A stretch of DNA of 64,000 nucleotides from Candidatus Kapaibacterium sp. (GTDB lineage Bacteria; Bacteroidota; Ignavibacteria; Kapaibacteriales; UBA2268). How positions within the stretch are numbered: position 1 is the first letter of the stretch; each line of letters begins with the position of its first letter. This document shows, piece by piece, positions 1 through 9,690 of the stretch. Under the pieces are notes generated by a model. The model was not told the origin of the DNA and searched no databases. It saw only the letters and a program-made list of their open reading frames with translations. The stretch covers positions 288,001 through 352,000 of the forward strand of contig OY761611.1 in the NCBI GenBank assembly GCA_963664875.1, in the 5' to 3' direction. The position numbers were made by a program, and so were the translations under genes.

Positions 1-318
1 ATGAGCTAAACCTAATGAGCCGCCTGCAACAGTAAAATCCTGAGCATAGATACAAACAGGATGACCTGCTACATTACCGGTACCGGTAATAACTCCATCG
101 CCCGGAAGGAATTTTTTGTCCATACCAAAATCTTTATTGGTATGCTCTACAAATAAATCATACTCGTGAAAAGTTTGGCTGTCAAGAATCGCTTCAATTC
201 TTTGTCTGGCAGTCATTTTGCCCATAGAATTTTGTTTCTGAACTGCTTGCTCTCCTCCACCTGCTGTTACTTTTTCTTTTCTGGTGAAGAAATCGAGTAT
301 TTTCTTTGCTAAAGACAT
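1..318 (-). CDS. Acyl-CoA carboxylase carboxyltransferase (beta) subunit, PccB/MmdA-like; N-terminal 106 aa, runs off the window edge
   Basis: Not in the ORF track. Manual translation from ATG at 318: MSLAKKILDFFTRKEKVTAGGGEQAVQKQNSMGKMTARQRIEAILD...PGDGVITGTGNVAGHPVCIYAQDFTVAGGSLGLAH. GKMTAR, DGVITG and QDFTVxGGSLG are carboxyltransferase hallmarks. Confidence 0.9.
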   Translation of the reverse strand, partial: MSLAKKILDFFTRKEKVTAGGGEQAVQKQNSMGKMTARQRIEAILDSQTFHEYDLFVEHTNKDFGMDKKFLPGDGVITGTGNVAGHPVCIYAQDFTVAGGSLGLAH

Positions 319-608
319 AGCTTACCCTAAAAAAGCTTTTACAATATTTTGCTAATATAAGAAACTTTTTAGCTTTAACAACAATCCTTTTTTTAACGAC
401 TTAACAGAAAGTTCTCTATCTGTTAAGATAGGTCTAACTAAAACATAAAAATATAGGGAAAGCAAAAAAAAGGAATTAAGTTCACAAATACAGGATTATA
501 TAGATTATAAGCTGATATGCAAGAGTGTATAAAAAAGAATATGTGTTCACTAATGAATGAAAGAAGTAATAGGATTGATATGTCTAAAATAAGCATTAAA
601 TATTCTTA

Positions 609-645
609 AAGAGCCGAGTCGAATAAATGAATCTCCCCGGCTCTT
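609..645 (-). terminator. Probable intrinsic terminator after lplA
   Basis: Inverted repeat AAGAGCCG (609-616) / CGGCTCTT (638-645), 11 nt past the lplA stop. Long loop and short U tract. Confidence 0.55.
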
Positions 646-656
646 GTAAATTTATG

Positions 657-1637
657 TTAGAACATCCCAGATATAAGCTCGTCGAGATTTGCACCTTTGA
701 CGAAATCTGAAATATTTATATTGGCTAAAGCTTGTCTTATCGCATTCTCTTCATGTGGTAAATCCGGAAGGAGGCTTTCGAGTTCTGCAATATCCTTTTT
801 GTTGAAGAAATCTCCATAAATTTTTGCATTTTTTATTATTCCTTTATCTACTTCCAAATGCAGCTCAACGTTACCACCGGAAGTTTTAAAACCTTGCGAA
901 AAGTTATATTTTGCCGTATAGCCAAAATTCCATTCCCAAGTTGAATATTTTTCTTGTGCTAATTTATTGATAGATTCAACATCTTGTTCCGATATTTCAT
1001 AGATCTTCGAATCAGCATACATATTTTGTATGTGGTTCATTATTTTTTGGGTAAACTCATCTAAAGTTATTTGATTAGGTAAATGTTCACTGATATTTGT
1101 TACTCTTGACCTGACAGATTTTACAGCTTTATCCTGAAATTTTAAAGGATTGACCTTCAAAGATTTGGTCAAATCTTTCATTTCTGAAGAAAAAAGCAAA
1201 GTCCCATGATGAAGGACACGATTTTTGAAAACGTGCTCTGCATTTCCGGAAAACTTCTTGCCATCAATGGTCAAATCGTTTCTCCCTTCAAAGCGTGCAT
1301 CTATTCCAAGCCCTTTTAACACATCAAGAATGGGTTGTGTATATTTTCTGAAATCTACTAATTTCTCAGCATCGCCGGTTTGAATAAAAGTAAAATTTAG
1401 ATTGCCTAAGTCATGAAAAACAGCACCCCCGCCGGATAAACGTCTTACAACCGGGATATTATTTTCTTTTATATAATCTAAATTTATCTCAGCAAGTGTG
1501 TTTTGGTGTTTGCCCACAATAACTGCCGGTTTATTTCTCCAAAGCATAAATATATCTTCGGTATAGTTTTTGAAGAAGTGTTCTTCAGTTGCCATATTTA
1601 TATATGGATCATTACTGGGATTATAAATACAAAGCAT
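657..1637 (-). CDS. lplA: Lipoate-protein ligase A
   Basis: RRLSGGGAVFHDLGNLNF, GRND, KKFSGNA, HHGTLL and SVRSRV motifs; C-terminal domain with WEWNFG and IYGDFF. Confidence 0.95.
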   Translation of the reverse strand: MLCIYNPSNDPYINMATEEHFFKNYTEDIFMLWRNKPAVIVGKHQNTLAEINLDYIKENNIPVVRRLSGGGAVFHDLGNLNFTFIQTGDAEKLVDFRKYTQPILDVLKGLGIDARFEGRNDLTIDGKKFSGNAEHVFKNRVLHHGTLLFSSEMKDLTKSLKVNPLKFQDKAVKSVRSRVTNISEHLPNQITLDEFTQKIMNHIQNMYADSKIYEISEQDVESINKLAQEKYSTWEWNFGYTAKYNFSQGFKTSGGNVELHLEVDKGIIKNAKIYGDFFNKKDIAELESLLPDLPHEENAIRQALANINISDFVKGANLDELISGMF

Positions 1638-1838
1638 ATAGAAGAGTTCCTTGTCTTTTATTTAATTTCAACTGAGAGTCTAACGAAATAGAAATAAGTT
1701 TATTTAATATAGCTAAAAATGAGGAAAAACATATAAAAGTTCTCTATTTTAAGAAAGAGTTAAGAATCAAAGGATTTTTGAAACATAAAGATATAAACAA
1801 CGTATAAATCGAATGCTGAAATAATATCGAGTAGAAAA

Positions 1839-3128
1839 ATGAAAAAAAAGATGCTTATTAGTATAGCTTTAGTGGCGATAGCCGGTATAGCTAGTTATTA
1901 CTTTTACTTTTCCGACGAAGTGGTAAACCACGTTACAGTAAAACCTACATTTGGAGACTTTGAAGTAGTTGTAAATACTACCGGAGAGCTTCGGGCAAAA
2001 AATTCGACTGACATACTTGGTCCAAGCGAAGCACAGAAAATCGGAATTTACAATATGAAAATTACCAATCTAATTGACGAAGGTACTCATGTGAAAGCCG
2101 GTGAATTTGTTGCTGAGCTTGATAAATCTGAGATAACAAATAAAATCAAAGAAATTGAGCTGAATATCCAAAAGTATGAATCGCAATACAAGCAGAAAAG
2201 TTTGGACTCTTCTTTGAATTTATCGCAGGCGAGAGACAATCTTGAAAACATGAAATACTCACTTGAAGAAAAAAAACTGCAACTCGAACAATCAAAATAC
2301 GAACCACCTGCAACCATAAGACAAGCTGAAATTGCTTATGACAAAGAGCTCCGCAGTTATAACCAATCTAAGAAAAATTACTCTACCAAAGTTGAGCAAG
2401 CCAAAACAGAGCTTTCTATTGTAGGTACTGATTTGGCTAAAGAAAGACAAAAACTTGCATTGCTGGTGGAATTACAACAGCAATTTACTATTCTTGCTCC
2501 CTCAGATGGGATGGTCATTTACGCTAAGGAATGGGGTGGAAGACGAAGAGTAGTAGGTTCAAGTATAAGTCCTTGGAATCCTGTTGTTGCAAACCTGCCG
2601 GATTTGTCAATTATGGAGTCTTTGACTTATGTAAATGAGTTAGATATTCAAAAAGTTAAGATTGGTCAAAAAGTTGAAATAGCATTAGATGCTGATTCTG
2701 ACAAAAAACTGACCGGTGAAGTTACGAAAGTAGCAAACATTGGCGAAGACATGGAAGATAGAGATTCTAAAGTATTCGAGGTAGTTATTAAAATCAATGA
2801 AAAAGACACTACATTGTTGCCATCGATGACAACATCAAACAGAATATTAATAGAAAAAATAAAAAATGTGCTTTCTATCCCGCTTGATGCCCTACATTCA
2901 GAACTAAAAGATGACAACAAGATTCAATATGTTTTTCTAAAAAAAGGTGGCACTGTAGTAAGACAACAAGTCAAAACCGGCAAAATGAATGACGATATGA
3001 TTGTAATTGAAGATGGGCTAAATAAAGAAGATGAGATATTGCTTACAGCACCGGAAGATTCTAAAGATATGAAAATGGTATTTTTAGAAGATAGATCAGC
3101 AAAATCAAAAATTGAAAATAAGGAGTAA
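1839..3128 (+). CDS. Periplasmic adaptor (membrane fusion protein), MacA/HlyD-like
   Basis: N-terminal TM anchor, lipoyl half-motifs (EGTHVKAGE; APSDGMV), long coiled coil, C-terminal IEDGLNKED; precedes a permease and TolC. Confidence 0.88.
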   Translation: MKKKMLISIALVAIAGIASYYFYFSDEVVNHVTVKPTFGDFEVVVNTTGELRAKNSTDILGPSEAQKIGIYNMKITNLIDEGTHVKAGEFVAELDKSEITNKIKEIELNIQKYESQYKQKSLDSSLNLSQARDNLENMKYSLEEKKLQLEQSKYEPPATIRQAEIAYDKELRSYNQSKKNYSTKVEQAKTELSIVGTDLAKERQKLALLVELQQQFTILAPSDGMVIYAKEWGGRRRVVGSSISPWNPVVANLPDLSIMESLTYVNELDIQKVKIGQKVEIALDADSDKKLTGEVTKVANIGEDMEDRDSKVFEVVIKINEKDTTLLPSMTTSNRILIEKIKNVLSIPLDALHSELKDDNKIQYVFLKKGGTVVRQQVKTGKMNDDMIVIEDGLNKEDEILLTAPEDSKDMKMVFLEDRSAKSKIENKE

Positions 3129-3136
3129 TTATCCTT

Positions 3137-4474
3137 ATGCTAAAAACTCTAAGTTATAACATCAGAATTGCAAATGAAGCAATACTGCAAAACAAAACAC
3201 GATCATTTCTGACTTCTCTGGGGATTATTTTTGGCGTAGCTTCGGTGATTACTATGTTAGCGATTGGTAAAGGCGCTGAGCAGGAAATTTTAGAAAAAAT
3301 GAAAGTTCTCGGCACTAATAACATAATCGTTAAGCCAATCAAAAAGCAAATAAACGGTGCTGAAAATGATCAGCAGAAAGAAGAAGAAGTGTCAGACAAA
3401 AAAGAAGCAGGGGCAAAAAAATACTCTCCGGGGCTGACTATTACAGATGCAGAAAGCATTCAAAAAATAGTTCCCGGTGTTGAGGCAGTGATTCCTGAAA
3501 TAATCTTCGAACAAAAAGCAATTAGAAATAGCTACAATACAAGGGCTAACCTGATTGGTATTGAATCTTCTTATTTTAAAGGTAAAAACACAAGTATCAT
3601 TGGAAATGGATTTAGTAAAGTCAATCACACTAATGCAGATCCTGTTTGTATCATTGGAGATGAAATCTCAAAAAAATTATTTCCTACCGAAAAGCCATTA
3701 GGAAAATCTTTAAAGATAAATGATGTGTGGTTCAAAGTAGTAGGGATAGTTGCTTCCAGAAACATATCCAAAGACAACGCTAAGAGCTTGGGAGTTAGAA
3801 ACTATGACTCTGATATCTACATTCCAATCAATACAATGCTGATGAGAATTGAGAACAGAAGTAAACTGACTTCTCTTGATGTTAGACAAGGCTATAAAAG
3901 AAGTTCTATGAACACAGGCAATTATCACCAGTTAGACCAACTTACAGTAAGAGTGAAAAATACTGATGAAATACAAACGGTAGCAGAAATTATAAAAAAA
4001 ATGCTCACTCGAAGACATAACGGAGTTGAGGATTTTGAAATGGTAATCCCTGAACTGCTACTGAAACAAGAGCAGGATACAAAACAAATATTCAATTTTG
4101 TGCTCGGAGCTATTGCTTCCATATCGTTGATAGTTGGTGGTATTGGTATCATGAACATTATGCTTGCTTCTGTTCTTGAAAGAACAAAAGAAATTGGGAT
4201 TAGAATGGCAGTTGGAGCCAAAAAGACTGATGTTATGACACAATTTCTTTCGGAAGCCGTAGCAATTAGTATTAGTGGAGGAATAATAGGAATAATCCTA
4301 GGTATCTCTGCAAGCTATGCGATTGAAATGTCCACAGAAATCAAGACATTTGTTTCGGTATGGTCAGTTTTAATTTCGTTTGTGGTGAGTATCAGTGTTG
4401 GTTTGATTTTCGGAATATTGCCTGCAAAAAAGGCAGCTAATCAAGATCCTATTGATTTACTAAGGTATGAATAA
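3137..4474 (+). CDS. MacB/FtsX-family ABC permease (no fused ATPase)
   Basis: RSFLTSLGIIFGVASVI, large periplasmic domain, GGIGIMNIMLASVLERTKEIGIRMAVGA, PAKKAA...PIDLLRYE. Confidence 0.93.
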   Translation: MLKTLSYNIRIANEAILQNKTRSFLTSLGIIFGVASVITMLAIGKGAEQEILEKMKVLGTNNIIVKPIKKQINGAENDQQKEEEVSDKKEAGAKKYSPGLTITDAESIQKIVPGVEAVIPEIIFEQKAIRNSYNTRANLIGIESSYFKGKNTSIIGNGFSKVNHTNADPVCIIGDEISKKLFPTEKPLGKSLKINDVWFKVVGIVASRNISKDNAKSLGVRNYDSDIYIPINTMLMRIENRSKLTSLDVRQGYKRSSMNTGNYHQLDQLTVRVKNTDEIQTVAEIIKKMLTRRHNGVEDFEMVIPELLLKQEQDTKQIFNFVLGAIASISLIVGGIGIMNIMLASVLERTKEIGIRMAVGAKKTDVMTQFLSEAVAISISGGIIGIILGISASYAIEMSTEIKTFVSVWSVLISFVVSISVGLIFGILPAKKAANQDPIDLLRYE

Positions 4475-5940
4475 TGAAGTGGAAATTTAGAGTTTTACTG
4501 ATTTTTCTGTTTATTCCTCAATTTTTATTTCCAATGGAAATGAATTTACAGGAGTGTATAAATTTTGCTCAAAAGAAAAGTGCAGCAGCGAAAGTTGCTG
4601 AAAAGAATTTTATTGCAAGTATTATGAATTATCAAGGTTTCAAAGCCTCATATTTACCTCAATTTACATTGTCCGGCTCAGCACCGGGTGTAGAAAGAGC
4701 AATTTCTCCTGTAGTCCAACCTGATGGTTCGGAAGCATTTAGAGCAAGGAACAGATGGTATTCAAATTTGAATGTACAAATGACTCAAAAATGGGCTTTA
4801 ACGGGTACTCAGTTTTATGTTGCTTCGAACATTAGTAGAATAGATCTATATGGAGATTATTCTGACAATTATTGGTCTGCAACTCCTATTCAGATAGGTA
4901 TTACTCAACCGCTTTTTAAAGTTAATACCTACGCATGGGATAATATCATTGAAGATATGAATTACCAAAATATGAAAAAAACTTATACAGAAAGTATGGA
5001 AGGGATAGCAATAGATGTTACTTCAAGGTTTTTTGATCTCTATATAGCTGAAATGAATCTGAAAAATGCTAAATTCAATAAATTGAATAACGACACGCTT
5101 TATATGCTGTCGCAGGGCAGGTATGAAGTAGGAAAGATTGCAGAAAATGAACTGTTGCAAGCTGAACTGAATAAACTTCAGAGTGAAGTAGCTTTAGAAT
5201 CTGCTTATCTCAATTATGATATGGTCGTAAATGACTTTAAAATATATATGGGAATTGCTCCCGAAGATGAAATAAGTATAGTACCTGAAACTCAGTTTGA
5301 TATGTTTGATGTAAATCCTGAAGTAGCTATGAAGCAAGCAGTAAAAAACAGAAGCGACTTTACGACTTATATCATTAGAGAAGAGCAGGCAAAAAAAAAT
5401 CTTGAGATGGCAATAAGTAATAACAGCTTTACAGCAGATATCTCAGCCTCATTTGGTATGAATCAAACAGCAGGCGGAATAAACGATGTATATAAAGATT
5501 TGTTGGATCAGGAAAGGTTTGACATTAGGTTTTCAGTACCTCTTTTCCAATGGGGAAAATCTGATGCTGAAATTGAGGCAGCTTTAGCTAATAAAGAACA
5601 AACTGAAATAACTAACAAACAGAATAAGAAACAATTTGAATCGCAGGTAAAATTCCAAACCTTGTCTTTTAAACAGTTGCAAAAGCAAGTCGCACTTGAT
5701 GCAAAAGCAGACACAATTGCTCAAAAAAGGTTCGACGTTGCATATAAAAGATTTATGATAGGGAAAATTGATATGAATGATTTGTTCCTTGCCCAAAGAG
5801 AAAAAGATCAAGCTTTTCAATCTTACATATCGACACTTAAAAATTACTGGGTATCTTACTATCAGCTAAGAAGGACTACATTGTACGATTTTAAAACAAA
5901 TTCAGTGATTGAATATAAACTTTCAGCTTTTAAAAAATAG
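4474..5940 (+). CDS. TolC-family outer membrane efflux protein
   Basis: Signal peptide, two OEP-like repeats (ASYLPQF; RYEVGKI; FSVPLFQWG; RFMIGKID), TAATG coupling to the permease. Confidence 0.88.
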   Translation: MKWKFRVLLIFLFIPQFLFPMEMNLQECINFAQKKSAAAKVAEKNFIASIMNYQGFKASYLPQFTLSGSAPGVERAISPVVQPDGSEAFRARNRWYSNLNVQMTQKWALTGTQFYVASNISRIDLYGDYSDNYWSATPIQIGITQPLFKVNTYAWDNIIEDMNYQNMKKTYTESMEGIAIDVTSRFFDLYIAEMNLKNAKFNKLNNDTLYMLSQGRYEVGKIAENELLQAELNKLQSEVALESAYLNYDMVVNDFKIYMGIAPEDEISIVPETQFDMFDVNPEVAMKQAVKNRSDFTTYIIREEQAKKNLEMAISNNSFTADISASFGMNQTAGGINDVYKDLLDQERFDIRFSVPLFQWGKSDAEIEAALANKEQTEITNKQNKKQFESQVKFQTLSFKQLQKQVALDAKADTIAQKRFDVAYKRFMIGKIDMNDLFLAQREKDQAFQSYISTLKNYWVSYYQLRRTTLYDFKTNSVIEYKLSAFKK

Positions 5941-5987
5941 TTTATTATATTACTATTTTTTAGATATATAACTATTCCGGTTAGGAA

Positions 5988-8051
5988 ATGAGCGAACTCT
6001 TGCATAAAATATGTGTCGATTTTTTGTTTGAGACAAACACAAAATCTTTGTATCTCATTAAATCATTTAAAGAAAACTTTTTAGTAGAATTTCATGCGGA
6101 ACGAGACAGAATCAATTATGATATTGTTGATATTCCGCATGATATTAGAATACTTGTAACAACATATATTAAATCAAAAGAAAAGGTAGAAGATTTAGTT
6201 TACTCCAAAGAATTAGACAAGCTCGGAAATAAGTATGTAGTAGTCCCAATATCTGCAAAAGAGCACATAAAAACCTATCTTTTGATTGAAAAAATAAATC
6301 AGGATTTTGATAAAGATAATATTGATTTTTTCAAATCGCTCAACTACTTAATAGAGACAATTTTTACTCTGTACAACAAAGACAAATCTGTTGAAAAGCC
6401 TCATTATAATTCTTCGGATTTTCATTTCAACCCTGAAATATTTGACTATCCTTGTATTTTAATCAGTGCTTTTGATTCTAAAGCTAATAATGCGTTTCAG
6501 CAGAAATTTGGATTATGTCATAGCGTAACCGATTTGAATTCAAGAGAACTAATACCCAATGAAATATTCGATTTGCTTAAAGAAAATATAAAATATTCAG
6601 ATAGTTACATTTTGGATTTCCCCGAAGAATCATATCAGGTTATTTTAAGCAAAAACGATTTTGGAACCGTTTTGCAGCTCATTCCAATTGACAATATGTC
6701 AATTCCCAAAGTAAAGCATGAGACTTATACTTTTTTCAGTGGTCTTAGCCACGAATTGCGTACTCCACTTAATTCAATTATGGGCTATTCTCAACTATTA
6801 TCTACAGATAAATCACTTACACCTGAAAATCAGACAATAGTCGGGCATATCCGTAACAGTGGTGATACTTTACTCCAACTTATAAACGATTTGCTTGACT
6901 TTAGCAGAATAAATTCAGGAAATTATCAACCTAAAATATCAGAAATTCCTTCTTCGGTATTTTTTGAAAGAACAATTAGAAAAGCATTTGAAGAAGCGAA
7001 TTCGAGTATTGAACAGTTTACAAAAATTGACCATAATGTACCTCAGGTATTGATAGGAGATAAAAATCTTTTAAACAGAATTATTACTGCTATAATTGCT
7101 AATGCCATTAAAAATACACAAAAGGGTTTTGTTCGTGCTGAACTTAACTTAATTGGTAAAACGGAAGATAAAGCAATAATAAAATTTGAAGTTAGCGATA
7201 GCGGTAACGGTTTCAAAGATGATGAATTGCGAGTATTATTAAACGAATCAGATGTACCTCTTCAGTCAAAAATCTTATATGCTTATAAACGATTGATTAG
7301 GATTATTAGATTTCTTGGCGGTCGTGTCTATATGGATAGCAAAGTTCAAATTGGAACTAATTTCGGTTTTGTGATAGAACTTCCATACAAAAAAAATGTA
7401 GTACAAACTGCCAATATTTATAGTGAAATTGTAAATTACGAAGGGCCAATCAAGAAAATACTAATAGTTGATGACGATTTTAAAAACAGATTGCTTTTGA
7501 CTACGGTGCTTTCTCCTATTGGATTTGACTTGCAAGAAGCAGAAGATGGTATCGAAGCTATCAAAATTGCCAAATCATTTTTCCCTGATCTTGTATTGAT
7601 TGATTACTTTATGCCCGGTATGAACGGTGCTGAGGCAGCAAAGAATATTCAAAACATTGATGAAGATATTAAAATTCTAATTATCACAGGTAGAGAGCTC
7701 GAAACTGCGAATGATGAAACTTCTTATGATTATATATTGAAACCTTACGATTTTAATATACTTTTTGAAAAGATAAAAAATTATCTAAATATAAATTGGG
7801 TATATGAAAAACAGGAAAAGACAATTCCTTCCAAGGGCAACATTGTCATTTATCCTGATAGAGACATCCTTGTAGAATTGTATCAAAATGCTCTGATAGG
7901 AGATATCAGGAGCCTTACTGCCATATTAGATAAGTTAGACGCTTCAGACTCAAAATATACTGCATTTACATCTCGCATTCGTGAGTATGCAGCCAAATTT
8001 AAAATGAAAAGTATTAGAGAAATGTTACGTCCAAATATTGAAGAGCTATGA
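5988..8051 (+). CDS. Cytoplasmic hybrid histidine kinase (HisKA-HATPase-REC) with degenerate ATP lid
   Basis: H box SHELRTPLNSIMG; N box ANAIKNT; G1 DSGNG; receiver ILIVDDD...LIDYFMPGMNG...KP. No F box or GxGLGL; no clear TM segment. Confidence 0.85.
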   Translation: MSELLHKICVDFLFETNTKSLYLIKSFKENFLVEFHAERDRINYDIVDIPHDIRILVTTYIKSKEKVEDLVYSKELDKLGNKYVVVPISAKEHIKTYLLIEKINQDFDKDNIDFFKSLNYLIETIFTLYNKDKSVEKPHYNSSDFHFNPEIFDYPCILISAFDSKANNAFQQKFGLCHSVTDLNSRELIPNEIFDLLKENIKYSDSYILDFPEESYQVILSKNDFGTVLQLIPIDNMSIPKVKHETYTFFSGLSHELRTPLNSIMGYSQLLSTDKSLTPENQTIVGHIRNSGDTLLQLINDLLDFSRINSGNYQPKISEIPSSVFFERTIRKAFEEANSSIEQFTKIDHNVPQVLIGDKNLLNRIITAIIANAIKNTQKGFVRAELNLIGKTEDKAIIKFEVSDSGNGFKDDELRVLLNESDVPLQSKILYAYKRLIRIIRFLGGRVYMDSKVQIGTNFGFVIELPYKKNVVQTANIYSEIVNYEGPIKKILIVDDDFKNRLLLTTVLSPIGFDLQEAEDGIEAIKIAKSFFPDLVLIDYFMPGMNGAEAAKNIQNIDEDIKILIITGRELETANDETSYDYILKPYDFNILFEKIKNYLNINWVYEKQEKTIPSKGNIVIYPDRDILVELYQNALIGDIRSLTAILDKLDASDSKYTAFTSRIREYAAKFKMKSIREMLRPNIEEL

Positions 8052-9598
8052 TTTCTGAAAAACAAAATAAAGCCACAATACTAATTGTTGACGACATCCC
8101 TGACAATATTGGGGTGTTGTTAGATTTTTTAATGGACAAAAACTTCAGAGTCCTTGTCGCTGAAGACGGCGAGAGTGCAATCGAACAGGTTATGTTTTTA
8201 AAACCTGATTTAATACTGTTAGATGTCATGATGCCCGGGATTGACGGTTTTGAGACATGCAGACGTCTAAAAGAAAACAATCTTACTTCTGATGTCCCTG
8301 TAATTTTTATGACTGCGTTGTCTGATTTGGACGATAAAGTCAGAGGGTTTAATTCCGGTGCAGTTGATTACATTACTAAACCAATTCAACATGAAGAAGT
8401 GCTCGCAAGGATAAATACACATCTTTCTTTGCAACAACTTCGTGAAGAGTTAAAACAGACAAATGACGAATTGGAAAATCGAGTTAAGCAAAGAACAAAT
8501 GAACTATTAGAGATGAATAATAGGTTAGAGGCTGAAATAATAGAAAGAATAAAAGCCGAAACCAAGCTTACACAAACAGTTCAAGAATTGGAACTTCTGA
8601 AAAATAAACTTCAGGAAGAAAATATTTACCTCAAGCAGGAAATCAAAATTCAACACAATTTTGAAGAAATAATTAGCCAAAGCCCTCAATTATCCGAAGT
8701 CTTAAAGAAGTTGGAACAGGTAGCAAAAACTGATTCGACTGTTCTTATTCTTGGTGAAACAGGTACAGGCAAAGAACTAATAGCAAGAGCTGTGCATAAT
8801 ATCTCACTAAGAAGAAAACAGCCGTTAGTTAAAGTAAATTGTGCTGCTTTACCTGCAAATTTGATAGAATCTGAGCTTTTCGGTCATGAAAAAGGTGCTT
8901 TTACAGGCGCACTTTCAAAGAAAATCGGGCGATTCGAATTAGCGAATAACGGAACTATATTTTTAGATGAAATCGGTGATTTGCCGTTAGAGTTGCAATC
9001 TAAGCTGCTTCGTGTGCTCCAGGAAGGAGAGTTCGAGCGTTTAGGGAGTTCGCAGACTCTAAAGGTTGATGTGAGGATTATTGCGGCAACAAATCGTAAG
9101 TTAGAAGAAGAGGTCAAAAAAGGAGATTTTCGGGAAGACCTCTATTATAGATTAAATGTATTCCCTCTGAATTTGCCCCCATTGAGAGAAAGAGACTCAG
9201 ATATTCCTCTTTTAGTAAATCACTTTATTAGTAAATATTCTAAAAAAATTGGTAGAGAGATACTAAAGGTTCCTATCCAAATTATGGATGCCTTAAAAAG
9301 GTATTCTTGGCCAGGTAATGTTAGAGAACTTGAAAATGTAATCGAAAGAGCAGTGATACTTTCCGAAAATGGTATTTTGAATGTTGATGACAGATTTATC
9401 AATACAGATTTTAATACTGAGGATGATGAAAACTCTCAAACAATGCAGGAAATTGAGAAAGCACATATAATAAAAGCTCTTGATGACTGCAATTATATCA
9501 TAGAAGGTAAAAGAGGGGCTGCAAAAAAACTTGGGATGCCTCCGAGTACTCTTAGAGACAGAATGAAAAAGTACAACATCTCAAAACCTACCAAATAA
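8048..9598 (+). CDS. Sigma54-dependent response regulator (REC-coiled coil-AAA+-Fis HTH)
   Basis: REC (LIVDD, LLDVMMP, KP), Walker A GETGTGKE, ESELFGHEKGAFTGA, Walker B FLDEIG, FREDLYYRL, WPGNVREL, C-terminal HTH. ATGA overlap with the kinase. Confidence 0.95.
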   Translation: MISEKQNKATILIVDDIPDNIGVLLDFLMDKNFRVLVAEDGESAIEQVMFLKPDLILLDVMMPGIDGFETCRRLKENNLTSDVPVIFMTALSDLDDKVRGFNSGAVDYITKPIQHEEVLARINTHLSLQQLREELKQTNDELENRVKQRTNELLEMNNRLEAEIIERIKAETKLTQTVQELELLKNKLQEENIYLKQEIKIQHNFEEIISQSPQLSEVLKKLEQVAKTDSTVLILGETGTGKELIARAVHNISLRRKQPLVKVNCAALPANLIESELFGHEKGAFTGALSKKIGRFELANNGTIFLDEIGDLPLELQSKLLRVLQEGEFERLGSSQTLKVDVRIIAATNRKLEEEVKKGDFREDLYYRLNVFPLNLPPLRERDSDIPLLVNHFISKYSKKIGREILKVPIQIMDALKRYSWPGNVRELENVIERAVILSENGILNVDDRFINTDFNTEDDENSQTMQEIEKAHIIKALDDCNYIIEGKRGAAKKLGMPPSTLRDRMKKYNISKPTK

Positions 9599-9631
9599 GT
9601 AGAATTATTTTTTTAACAGATGTAATATACT

Positions 9632-9639
9632 TAAATTTG
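9632..9639 (+). promoter_or_regulatory. Bacteroidota-type -7 promoter element for proS
   Basis: TAAATTTG matches TAnnTTTG in the intergenic gap ~50 nt before the probable start; no clear -33 TTTG. Confidence 0.45.
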
Positions 9640-9690
9640 TAAGCTATAGAATCGAAATAAAATATTTTAATATAAATCATGGTTATAGAT

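Noticed and set aside
400-427. BirA operator before a biotin-dependent carboxylase subunit
   Set aside because: Arm orientation and spacer differ from TGTAAAC-N14/16-GTTTACA, and BirA sites usually precede biotin synthesis or transport genes.
7198-7320. Frameshift or pseudogene explanation for the missing G2 box
   Set aside because: The frame stays open, downstream motifs are in frame, and I found no GxGLG in alternative frames.
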